Position numbers and translations under genes: made by a program. Below are positions 1 to 8,828 of a DNA stretch of 64,000 nucleotides, in pieces. The notes under the pieces are model-generated. The model was not told the DNA's origin. It was given only the letters and a program-made list of their open reading frames with translations, and did not search any database. The DNA is taken from contig CAMAPJ010000002.1 in assembly GCA_945860085.1 (NCBI GenBank), positions 30,520-94,519 on the forward strand, written 5' to 3'. Every line of letters begins with the position of its first letter. Positions within the stretch are counted from its first letter, which is position 1. This DNA is from Synechococcus sp. UW140 (GTDB lineage Bacteria > Cyanobacteriota > Cyanobacteriia > PCC-6307 > Cyanobiaceae).

Positions 1-2483
1 GCCAGTCCCGACTTCGCTTCAGGGTTGAGCTCGATCCGAGCTGCCTAATCGCCCTCGAAGCTCACATCCGATCCAGTCAGCACGTTCACCAAGTGCGCAT
101 CAATAGCCTGGCTGGTTGTTGCGTGGTTAGCTTCGATCCCGGCGCAGAACTGGATATCGACCATTGGCTGGCGCACTTACCGCGCGAAGCGGCACTGCGT
201 CTGCCGGATTTTCGTCCCAGGGAGAGCCTCAGCACTGGCCTAGAGAGCGCTGCCCAGGAGAGCGGCGAAGGTGAAGAACCGTTTGTGCCTACCAGGATTG
301 TCCTTCCTGTGGCCTCCCTTGGTCTGGCGCTGCTGGCTGGACCCCTTTCCCTGCCGCCCTTGGCTGTGGCCGCATTCATTCTGGTCGCAGCCCAGCTGAG
401 CTTCCGTCGCGCCTGGCAAGGATTGCGCGAGGAGCGCAAGATCAACGTTGATTTCCTCGATGGCCTGGCGGTTGTGCTGCACAGCCTCGATGGCTTCTTG
501 GTCGGCCCGGCAATGATGATCACCATGATTGAGGGGGGTGAAGCAGTTCGCGACGCCACTCAGCGAATTGCCCATTCCGCCAATACAGATCTGCTGGCCA
601 GCCTCCAAACGGATGTGCGCCTGCTGAAGGATGGCGAAGAACGGATCGTGCCGAGCACCAGCCTGGAGGCCGGCGATCGCATTCAACTGTTTGCCGGTGA
701 CCAGATTCCCGTCGATGGTGTGATCGAAAGTGGCGAAAGCTCCCTCGATGTCGTCAAATTAACGGGCGAATCTGTGCCCCGTGAAGCCGGTCCTGGCGAC
801 GAGGTCCTGGCAGGGTTCATCCTGCTGGAAGGGGCCTTGATCATCCAGACCTCAGCCGTGGGCGAGGCCACCCGGATTGGCCAAATCACTTCGATGATTG
901 AATCGGCCCCCGTTTTCGATACTCGTGTCGGTAACTACGCCGGCAAAATCGCCAACCGTTTTGTGCTGCCCACCCTGGCCCTAGCTGGCCTATCCCTAAT
1001 ACTCAGCGCCGGCAACATTGCGCAGGCGGCCTCCCTGCTGATGTTTGATTTGGGCACGGGTCTGAGGGTTTCGGTGCCGACGGCAATCATGGCGGCCCTG
1101 ACCAAAGCCGGCAGCCAGGGGCTGTTGATTCGTAGTGGTCGGGCCCTAGAGCAATTGGCCGATGTAGATGTGGTGGTGTTTGACAAAACCGGAACCCTCA
1201 CCCAGGGCCATCCCTCGGTGGTGGAGGTGGAGCTGCTACGCGACGGCGACCGCCAGGGACTGATCCGGCTGGCCGCCTCAGCGGAACAGGGCCTCAACCA
1301 TCCGGTGGCCGAAGCCGTGATCAACCACGCTGTTGAGCTGGGCCTCGACACCCTGCCCTGTGAGCGCTGGGATTACCGCATCGGCCGGGGCGTGAGCGCC
1401 CAGATCGATGGCCACCAGGTGTTGGTTGGCAACGCCAGGTTGCTGCGCGAAGAGGGGCTGGAACCGGCCGCATCGAGCGCCGAACCCCGTCTGGCGACGG
1501 CGACGCCTGTCTATCTGGCCGTAGATGGCAAGCTCGAAGCGGTGATCTACGCGGCCGATGCGATTCGGCCCGACAGCCGCCAGCTGATCCAGGAGCTCCA
1601 CCGCCGCGGCATCCAGGCCCACATGCTCACAGGCGATGTGGCGGCCGTCGCCCATGCCGTTGCCGCACAGCTGGGCTTAGCACCCGAAGAGGTGCACGCC
1701 GAAGCTCTGCCCGATCAAAAAGCGGAACTGGTCAAACAACTTGCCCAGCAAGGTCATAAGGTTGCTTTTGTGGGCGATGGCATCAACGATTCGGCCGCTC
1801 TTGCCTATGCCGATGTCTCAATTTCGTTTGCCTCGGGCAGTGATCTTGCCCGGGAAACGGCAGACATTGTGCTCACCAACGACAAGGTGTCGGGCCTGCT
1901 CGTAGCGCAGGATCTTTCGAGGCGAACCTTCGAGCTGGTCAAACAAAACATCGGCATTGTGGGGGTTCCGAACCTCTCAGCCCTAGTGGTCGGGACCTTC
2001 CTGCCGATCAGTCCGATTCTGGCGGTGATGCTCAACAACGGCTCCAGCTTGGTGGCGGCCGCTAACGCCATGCGCGTGCTCGGCTTCCGCGCCAAGGAGC
2101 TCCCGGCCGCCAGCGATGTCGCCGCAACTCCTGCGGCAGAACAGCCCATCCCCTCTACGGATCAACCCAGTCAGCAGGCCACTGCGCCAAACCCTATTGA
2201 AGTTCTGCAAGTCCCCCAGGCCCAGCGGGTCCAGCAGTTTAGGGAACCAGCAGTAGAGACAGGTGCGGAACCCCAATCAACTCGTCAAGATGGGGAACGA
2301 GCTACGGACGGTTTGGAGGTGAGCCTGACTGAGCTATCGAGTCGATTGAGTCTCAATCATCAGGCGATCACGGCCAGGCGACGTCGCACTGATTTCAGCC
2401 ATTGGGTGCGCAGCCACGATCCGGAGGGCCATGGCTGGAGGTATTGCAGCCAGACAAAGATGTATCGCAGCGTTGTGGCTTAA
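1..2483 (+). CDS. P-type (P1B-like, heavy-metal-type) cation-transporting ATPase; 5' end probably lies outside the window
   Basis: ORF track gives 93..2483 (GTG start). The same frame is open from nt 3, with no ATG/GTG/TTG before 93. Motifs: TGES (KLTGESVP), DKTGTLT (Asp codon 1182-1184), MLTGD, VGDGINDSAALAYADVSISF. An N-terminal HMA-like fold segment (RLRFR...VRINSLAGCCVVSF) begins at the window edge. A ~130-aa non-membrane C-terminal tail follows. Confidence 0.85.
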   Translation, partial: QSRLRFRVELDPSCLIALEAHIRSSQHVHQVRINSLAGCCVVSFDPGAELDIDHWLAHLPREAALRLPDFRPRESLSTGLESAAQESGEGEEPFVPTRIVLPVASLGLALLAGPLSLPPLAVAAFILVAAQLSFRRAWQGLREERKINVDFLDGLAVVLHSLDGFLVGPAMMITMIEGGEAVRDATQRIAHSANTDLLASLQTDVRLLKDGEERIVPSTSLEAGDRIQLFAGDQIPVDGVIESGESSLDVVKLTGESVPREAGPGDEVLAGFILLEGALIIQTSAVGEATRIGQITSMIESAPVFDTRVGNYAGKIANRFVLPTLALAGLSLILSAGNIAQAASLLMFDLGTGLRVSVPTAIMAALTKAGSQGLLIRSGRALEQLADVDVVVFDKTGTLTQGHPSVVEVELLRDGDRQGLIRLAASAEQGLNHPVAEAVINHAVELGLDTLPCERWDYRIGRGVSAQIDGHQVLVGNARLLREEGLEPAASSAEPRLATATPVYLAVDGKLEAVIYAADAIRPDSRQLIQELHRRGIQAHMLTGDVAAVAHAVAAQLGLAPEEVHAEALPDQKAELVKQLAQQGHKVAFVGDGINDSAALAYADVSISFASGSDLARETADIVLTNDKVSGLLVAQDLSRRTFELVKQNIGIVGVPNLSALVVGTFLPISPILAVMLNNGSSLVAAANAMRVLGFRAKELPAASDVAATPAAEQPIPSTDQPSQQATAPNPIEVLQVPQAQRVQQFREPAVETGAEPQSTRQDGERATDGLEVSLTELSSRLSLNHQAITARRRRTDFSHWVRSHDPEGHGWRYCSQTKMYRSVVA

Positions 2484-3032
2484 GTGTCACAACCCCGCGG
2501 CCCTCTCCAACTCGAGCGTTGCGCCCAGCTGATCCATGCCACGCCCCTGCGCAGGCGTTATCGCCTCACCTCGACAACCCCGATCCAGTGGCACGAGCTT
2601 GAGAAGCACTTCAAGGAGCACCTGCCGCGCCGGGGACTGGACTGGAGGCTGAATCCAGCGGCCCAGTCCCTAGTGATTTCGGGCCACCCAGACGGCACCT
2701 CCGCTCCCCTTGAGCAGGCTCTGCCACTCGTGGTTGCCGGCCTGGCCCGGGCCGGGGCTACACCGGCGGCGGCAGCCGAAGTGGTGAGACTTTCAATTCG
2801 ACCGCCCAAGCCCCCCTTGCGCCCTTGGCGCTGGTTGCTCATACCCGTCAATCTGGCCAGCCTGGTTTTGAGCCTGTCCTTTCTGTCCCTGGCGACCATC
2901 TTCAGCCTGTTGGGGCTGGTCGGACTAATGCTGCCCTTGGCGCCCGGAACCCAGTTGCTAGTGCTGGCCAGTTTGGCCGTGGAGCTGGCCTTGCTGTTGC
3001 GAAGCCCCTTCCTCGCCCGGCCTGCCGCCTGA
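2484..3032 (+). CDS. Hypothetical protein: N-terminal HMA-like domain plus C-terminal hydrophobic (2-3 TM) region
   Basis: GTG start lies immediately after the upstream TAA stop. The N-terminus (RRRYRLTS...LDWRLNPAAQSLVISG) resembles the N-termini of both flanking ATPase genes. The C-terminus (LLIPVNLASLVLSLSFLSLATIFSLLGLVGLMLPLAPG...) is hydrophobic. Confidence 0.55.
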   Translation: MSQPRGPLQLERCAQLIHATPLRRRYRLTSTTPIQWHELEKHFKEHLPRRGLDWRLNPAAQSLVISGHPDGTSAPLEQALPLVVAGLARAGATPAAAAEVVRLSIRPPKPPLRPWRWLLIPVNLASLVLSLSFLSLATIFSLLGLVGLMLPLAPGTQLLVLASLAVELALLLRSPFLARPAA

Positions 3033-3072
3033 AGCCCAGATCCTTGCCCCAGCCACCCTCCCATCAGTCGCC

Positions 3073-5229
3073 ATGACAGGCATCCGCGGCCAGGTCCTGC
3101 TCCCCCCCCTGTGTTCCCTGGTCAGTGATCTGCCGGGGCGGATCCGATTGCAATCAGAGCCCCTAGGCCACTCGCCCGAACTACGGCGCCACTGCCGGCT
3201 GACCCTTTATAGCTGCCATTGGCTGGTGTCCTTTCGGATCAATCCGATCAGTGGCTCGCTCAGCATTCGCTTCCCAGACGAACGGCGCAAGGAGCTGGGA
3301 TACCTGCTCAAGGATGCCTTCGAACAACCGGAGCTGCTGCCCTCGCGATCCAGTCCTGATGCAGACATCAGCCTGAGCAGTGGCATCAAACGGCTCAATA
3401 GCGGTCAGGCCCTACGCCATGGCAGTTTGGCTGCCTTTCTGGTAGGTGTGGACCTGCTGTTTCCGATCCCGGCGATCCTGTTCTCGGGCGTCACTGCCTT
3501 GCTGCTGCTGCCTCTCATGGGCAGCGTGATCAAGCATCTGCGCAGCCGCCGTGAACTGCCGATGGATAGTTTGGATCTTGGTTTTTCAACCGTATTAATC
3601 AGCCAGGGCCTGGCTGGAGAAGCCCTAGTTGATCTAATCATCGGCGATGCCAGCACGGCCCTGCAGAGTGCCTTTCTGCAAGGGGACCATGATTCGCTGG
3701 CCAGGGGTCTGGTGGATCGACTGGGCCATTCCATCACTCTCAAGATCACCGCTCCCTGGGTGGGCGAAAAGGACCTGCTTGAGGTCAAGGCTGGGGATCG
3801 CTATAGCGCCGAACCCCAGTCGCTGATTTATCTAAGCAGCACGATCATTGAAGGTGAGCTGACGGTATTTAACCGATTGGTGGATGGCCAATGGGCTCCC
3901 CTTCTGGTTGGTGTTGGCGATTGCCTGCAACCGGGTTCCTTTGTGATCCAGGGGAGAGCCGAGCTGGAAGTGGAGCTCACCATGCGCAACCATGCGATCT
4001 ACAGCCAGAGCCAACGGCCCTCTTGGGCCCGCCTGCAACAGTCCCGGATACAAAAAAGCCTCGGCCTTTACAAGCGTCTGATGGCACCCCTGCTGTTCGC
4101 TGCCGGCACCTACTGGTATTTCAGTGGAGCGATTCAACGCTCCCTCGGTGCATTTCAATTCAACCCGCTCAACGACTGGCAAACCAGCAATCTCGCCTCC
4201 CGCCTGACGGCCATGGCCGAACTGCGCCTGCACAATCTGAAGATTCGCGACGCTGATTCTCTCTCGATTCTGGGCAAGGTCAGCCATGTGGTGATCAGCC
4301 GCAGTTGCCTCGACCAGATTGGCGGCATCATGCCGATTGAACACCTGCCTGTGGATAGCCCCCTGGCCAAGCACACCTTGCTGAGGCTTCTGGCCGGAAT
4401 GCAGCGCTATCTGGTGACCCAGGACAGCATTCCGATCTGGTCCAACGAACTGAGCCTGAGCGAAGACGCTTTGGCAGTGGACAGCCTCAATCTCGATAAC
4501 GGTGAAGGGGGTTGGCGGGTGCGGCTGGCCGATGGCCGGGTGTTCGATGTGGCCACCCAGAGCGATCCCCCCGCCCCGATCCCCCACACCCATCTCAATC
4601 CGCTGGAAGTTCGTCAGGGCGACCAGGTGATGGGCTACGTCGAATTGCACACATCCCCCGATCCCAGCTGGATTGAACTCTGCCGCGCCCTTGGTGAGCT
4701 GGGAGTGGCGATCCACATTGTTGGCTCCGACAAACGGGAGCGCATTGCCCAGATGGTGGCGCCCCTGCTACTGCCTGATCCAGGCACCATCCATGGGGAG
4801 TGCAGCTGGGCGGAGCGGTTGGAGTTGGTGCAAGCACTGCAGGCGGATGGTGCCTGCGTGGCCTATGTGGGCTATGTGCTTAATGACATGCCAGCAGCCT
4901 TCCAGGCTGATGTATCGATCAGTATCGATGTGGATGATGACAGCGCCTTTAGCGAAGGAATCTGCGATGTGGTCATTGATCAAGATGCCGCCTGGATTGC
5001 CCGCCTGATCGACATGAGCCGCCGACTTGAAGCTACGGCTAACAGTAACTTTGGCCTGATCGGCATTACCCACCTAGTTTCCGCCGCCGCCACAGCGACA
5101 GCCCTGATCAACCCGTTGCAAACCGTTCTGCTGGCGGATCTACCGCTGGTGCTTGCTGAATTGCGCAACCTCTCAGTCTTGGCCAACCTGAAGGGCCGCA
5201 AGCGCTTCAATAGTCCAACTGCCGACTAA
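3073..5229 (+). CDS. Degenerate P-type ATPase-like protein (probable pseudo-enzyme): phosphorylation and actuator motifs lost
   Basis: 718-aa ORF with the same architecture as the 1-2483 gene. N-terminal HMA-like domain is GRIRLQSE...FRINPISGSLSIRF. At the DKTGT position it reads VVISRSCLDQIGG (codons 4297-4311). TGES is absent. GDGxND is degraded to VGYVLNDMPAAFQADVSISIDV. Confidence 0.75.
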   Translation: MTGIRGQVLLPPLCSLVSDLPGRIRLQSEPLGHSPELRRHCRLTLYSCHWLVSFRINPISGSLSIRFPDERRKELGYLLKDAFEQPELLPSRSSPDADISLSSGIKRLNSGQALRHGSLAAFLVGVDLLFPIPAILFSGVTALLLLPLMGSVIKHLRSRRELPMDSLDLGFSTVLISQGLAGEALVDLIIGDASTALQSAFLQGDHDSLARGLVDRLGHSITLKITAPWVGEKDLLEVKAGDRYSAEPQSLIYLSSTIIEGELTVFNRLVDGQWAPLLVGVGDCLQPGSFVIQGRAELEVELTMRNHAIYSQSQRPSWARLQQSRIQKSLGLYKRLMAPLLFAAGTYWYFSGAIQRSLGAFQFNPLNDWQTSNLASRLTAMAELRLHNLKIRDADSLSILGKVSHVVISRSCLDQIGGIMPIEHLPVDSPLAKHTLLRLLAGMQRYLVTQDSIPIWSNELSLSEDALAVDSLNLDNGEGGWRVRLADGRVFDVATQSDPPAPIPHTHLNPLEVRQGDQVMGYVELHTSPDPSWIELCRALGELGVAIHIVGSDKRERIAQMVAPLLLPDPGTIHGECSWAERLELVQALQADGACVAYVGYVLNDMPAAFQADVSISIDVDDDSAFSEGICDVVIDQDAAWIARLIDMSRRLEATANSNFGLIGITHLVSAAATATALINPLQTVLLADLPLVLAELRNLSVLANLKGRKRFNSPTAD

Positions 5230-5332
5230 AAAAGCGAAGGCTCGGCCAATGATCAATCCAGGCAAGTTGAACTTGAACCCTCTCAACGTTCAAAAAGCCT
5301 GCTCCGGTGAATTGCGATCGCGCCTGGAGCCC

Positions 5333-8300
5333 CTATTTGGCCTCCATCCAGTTGGGGCCGACCCCCGTTTCTACACGCAGCGGCACCGACAGCTGCACCG
5401 CCGTTTCCATCGTGCGGCGGGTGATTTCCAGGACCGCGTCCAGGGCTTCTGGGGCCGCTTCTAGAACCAGTTCATCGTGCACCTGCAAGAGCAAGCGGGC
5501 GGGCAGGCCGGCTGCGGCCAGTTCCCGGTGCAGCTGCACCATCGCCAACTTGATGATGTCGGCACTGGAACCCTGAATCGGCGCATTCGCCGCTGCCCTC
5601 AGTTGTTGGGCCTCCATGCCGGCGCGGCGGGCCACCGCCAGGTCAATCTCGAGAGGATCCTTACCCAGCAGGCGGCCCAGACCATGGGGATCGAAGGCGA
5701 AGGGACGGCGGCGGCCCAGGATCGTCTCCACATAGCCGCGGGAGAGGGCTAGGCGCTCCTGCAGTTCCAGGAAGGCGAACACCTGGGGATAGCGCTGCTT
5801 GTATTTGGTAAGGAACTCCTTGGCCTGGGCCTGGCTTACCCCGGTTTCGCGGGCGAAGCGCTGGGCCCCCATGCCATAGATCACGCCGAAATTGATCGTT
5901 TTACCAAGCCGGCGTTCATCGGCGCTCACCTCATCTTTGTCGAGCAGCAGGCGGGCCGTGAGGGCATGGACATCGTCGCCAGCCAAGTAGGCCGCCACTA
6001 GGACCGGCTCACCCGAAAGGTGGGTGAGGATGCGCAGCTCGATCTGGCTGTAATCGGCGCTAATCAGATGCCAACCCTCCTGGGGCAAGAAGGCCTTGCG
6101 GATCCGCCGGGAGAATTCCGTGCGGATGGGAATGTTCTGCAGGTTGGGATTGCTGCTCGACAGGCGGCCGGTGGCGGTGACTGCCTGGTTGAAATCCGTA
6201 TGGACCCGACCCGTTTCCGGCTCCATTAGGGCCGGCAGGGCATCCACATAGGTGCTCTTGAGCTTGCTGAGGGTGCGATGTTCGAGCACTAGGGGCACCA
6301 CTGGATGGGCGTCCTCCAGTTTTTCCAACACGGCGGCATCGGTGCTCCAACCGGTCTTGGTCTTGCGGGATTTCTTGCGATCGAGGCCGAGGCTGTCAAA
6401 CAGCAGTTCACCCAGCTGTTTCGGCGAGGCCAGGTTGAAGTCGACGCCCGCGGCGGCGCGGGCCTCCAGCTCCAGCCGGGCCAGGGTTGTGGCCAGCTCA
6501 GCGGACAGCATGGCCAGGTAGGCCGTATCGATGCGGATGCCAGTGGCCTCCATCAGGGCGAGCACCGGCTCAAGGGGCAGCTCCACGTCATCGAGGAGCA
6601 CAGGCAGGGCCGGCCCCAGATCGACCAGCTGCTGGCGCAGCAGCCCGGTCAGCCGCCAGGTGAGGTGCACATCCATGCCGCAATAGAGGGCGGCTGCCTC
6701 GACCGGCACCGAAGCGAAGGTCGTCCCCTTCGGCACTAGGTCGACGAAGCGGGTGGGGCTGAAACCAAAATTGCGCCCAGCGAGGTCATCGAGGCCATGT
6801 TTGGCATTGGCATCGCGCAGGTAATCCGCCAGCAGGGTGTCCATCGCCACTCCGCCTAGGGCCAAGCCGTGGCGCATCAACACCAACCGAGCGTATTTAG
6901 CGTTCTGCAGGGTTTTCGGATGGCGGTCACTCGCCAGCCAGGGAGCCAGGGCAGCCAGAACATGCTCGAGGGGCAGCTGGGGCGGCGCCGGCGGCGGCAC
7001 GCTGAGCAGGTCGGCTGCGGCGGGAGGGTGGTGGCCGATCGGGATATAGGCCAGATCGGCGAGGCCCTCGCCCCAGCAGAGACCCAGGCCCACCAGCTCC
7101 GCCTGGAAAGGGTTCAAGGCCGTGGTTTCGGTATCGAGGGCAATGGGGCTGGCCGGATCAGTGCTGGCCAGCAGCCGTTCGACCAGGGCTTGCAAGTCGC
7201 CCTCGGAGCCAATCAGTTGGGGGACCAGGAGGGGCAGCGCGCCCGGGCAGGGGGGGGTGGTCGGGAAGGTTGCCGGGGAAGTTGGAGGGGAAGTTGGAGG
7301 GGAGGTTGGAGGGGAGGTTTCCTGAGTTGGCTCCAGCACCCCAGCCTGCTTGCCTGGCGCTGGGCCCAAGACAGGTTGGTCGGCTGCTTCGGTCGGCCCA
7401 CCCGTCAGGGCCGGCTTCAGCCCAGGCCCTGCCAGAGCGGGGTCCACCGCAGTTGCCTCCGGGGGCGGCTCCGCCGAGAAAATCCGCGCAAAGTTGCCCA
7501 CCTGCTTGACCAGGCTGAACAACTCCAGCTCTTCCAGACTGGCCGCCAGGCTGCCGGCGTTGACCGCCCCTAAAGCCAGCCGCGGCTCGCTCGGCAGGGG
7601 GATGTCCACCAGGATCTCGGCCAACATGCGTGAGCGGTAAGCGCTGTCTCGGTCGGCGCTGAGCTTGGCCTTCAGGGCACCCTTTAAGGCACCCTTGCTG
7701 TCCTTGTCGCCAAGGCCATCGAGGGCGGCATAGACACCATCAAGGTCGCCGTTCTCCTTGAGCAGGTTGATCGCCGTTTTCGGGCCTACCCCCTTGACGC
7801 CTGGGATGTTGTCGGAGCTATCGCCGGTGAGAGCCTTGAGATCCACCACCTCCTCGGGCGGGACGCCCAATTTGGCGATCACTCCCTCGCGCTTGATTTC
7901 CAAGGGACCACCGCTTTTGGCGTAGGGCCCGCCGCCCATGTAAAGCACGGCAATATCCAGCTCGTCATCCACGAGCTGGAAGAGGTCCCGGTCACCCGAA
8001 AGGATGCGCACCCGCCAGCCGCCAGCCGCGGCACGGGTGGCCAGGGTGCCGAGCACGTCGTCGGCCTCAAAGCCGGGGGCCATGCAAAGGGGTAGATCCA
8101 GGCCGGTCTGCAAGATCTGCTGCAGGTTGGCTAGGTCAGCGAAGAAGTGTTCTGGCGCCTCATCGCGGTGGGCCTTGTAGGCGCTGTCGGCCTCATGGCG
8201 AAAGGTGGGATGGGCCGTGTCGAAGGCGATCACCACTCCCTGGGGAGCCAAGCCCTTGCAGTTGTCCAGCAAGGCCTTGAGGAAGCCATAGGTCACCGAG

Positions 8301-8530
8301 GTGGGAACTCCTTCCTTAGTGCTGAGGCCCCCTTCGCCCCCTTTGGAGAAGGCATAGAAACTTCGGAAGGCCAGGCTGTGGCCATCGACCAGAAGCAGCA
8401 GGGGCGCCTGGGAGCCCAAGCTTGGAATGGATTCGTTCACAAGACCTGACTGGTTCGGGGGCATGCCTGCTGCTGTCATGGCCTGCAACCAGAAGCAACT
8501 CAGATTGGCAGAGGGGCCAACCGGCTCCAT
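5333..8530 (-). CDS. polA: DNA polymerase I
   Basis: 5'-nuclease motif LLLVDGHSLAFRSFYAF; 3'-5' exonuclease motif IALDTETT; polymerase motifs ADYSQIELRIL, RRLGKTINFGVIYG, LQVHDELVLE. ATG at 8530. Internal ATGs at 8479 and 8464 are alternative starts. Confidence 0.95.
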   Translation of the reverse strand: MEPVGPSANLSCFWLQAMTAAGMPPNQSGLVNESIPSLGSQAPLLLLVDGHSLAFRSFYAFSKGGEGGLSTKEGVPTSVTYGFLKALLDNCKGLAPQGVVIAFDTAHPTFRHEADSAYKAHRDEAPEHFFADLANLQQILQTGLDLPLCMAPGFEADDVLGTLATRAAAGGWRVRILSGDRDLFQLVDDELDIAVLYMGGGPYAKSGGPLEIKREGVIAKLGVPPEEVVDLKALTGDSSDNIPGVKGVGPKTAINLLKENGDLDGVYAALDGLGDKDSKGALKGALKAKLSADRDSAYRSRMLAEILVDIPLPSEPRLALGAVNAGSLAASLEELELFSLVKQVGNFARIFSAEPPPEATAVDPALAGPGLKPALTGGPTEAADQPVLGPAPGKQAGVLEPTQETSPPTSPPTSPPTSPATFPTTPPCPGALPLLVPQLIGSEGDLQALVERLLASTDPASPIALDTETTALNPFQAELVGLGLCWGEGLADLAYIPIGHHPPAAADLLSVPPPAPPQLPLEHVLAALAPWLASDRHPKTLQNAKYARLVLMRHGLALGGVAMDTLLADYLRDANAKHGLDDLAGRNFGFSPTRFVDLVPKGTTFASVPVEAAALYCGMDVHLTWRLTGLLRQQLVDLGPALPVLLDDVELPLEPVLALMEATGIRIDTAYLAMLSAELATTLARLELEARAAAGVDFNLASPKQLGELLFDSLGLDRKKSRKTKTGWSTDAAVLEKLEDAHPVVPLVLEHRTLSKLKSTYVDALPALMEPETGRVHTDFNQAVTATGRLSSSNPNLQNIPIRTEFSRRIRKAFLPQEGWHLISADYSQIELRILTHLSGEPVLVAAYLAGDDVHALTARLLLDKDEVSADERRLGKTINFGVIYGMGAQRFARETGVSQAQAKEFLTKYKQRYPQVFAFLELQERLALSRGYVETILGRRRPFAFDPHGLGRLLGKDPLEIDLAVARRAGMEAQQLRAAANAPIQGSSADIIKLAMVQLHRELAAAGLPARLLLQVHDELVLEAAPEALDAVLEITRRTMETAVQLSVPLRVETGVGPNWMEAK
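7263..7320. repeat. Tandem 12-nt repeat (ggggaRgttgga, about 4-5 copies) inside polA, encoding (TSPP)n
   Basis: Read directly: units at 7275-7286, 7287-7298, 7299-7310 and 7311-7320, plus a degenerate copy at 7263-7274. On the minus strand they encode TSPPTSPPTSPPTSPATFPTTPP, between the 5'-nuclease and exonuclease domains. Confidence 0.9.
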
Positions 8531-8566
8531 ATCGTGGGACGGCGTTCCTTGCTGGCGCTAAAAACG

Positions 8567-8809
8567 ATGGCCCGTACGCCCAACCACTACGCCATTCACC
8601 TGCTGCTGGCCGGAGGCCACCACCAGGTGATCAACTTCCCCGATCTGGCCTCGTTCCAGCAGTGGTATGGCAACGTGCTGAATTCCGGTCCAGCCGAGGC
8701 CTTCGTCAACGTGCCGATCAATGATCTGCCGGGCGAATATTTGGTGGTTCGCCCCAATGGCGTGGTGGGGATCCGGGTGGAACCCCAGTTCGCCTCCTTC
8801 GACGAATGA
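8567..8809 (+). CDS. Small conserved hypothetical protein (80 aa)
   Basis: ORF 8534..8809. The ATG at 8567 gives MARTPNHYAIHLLLAGGHHQVINFPDLASFQQWYGNVL..., a balanced, non-artefactual composition. Divergent from polA. Confidence 0.55.
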   Translation: MARTPNHYAIHLLLAGGHHQVINFPDLASFQQWYGNVLNSGPAEAFVNVPINDLPGEYLVVRPNGVVGIRVEPQFASFDE

Positions 8810-8828
8810 TCTCCCTGGAGCGGCCCGT

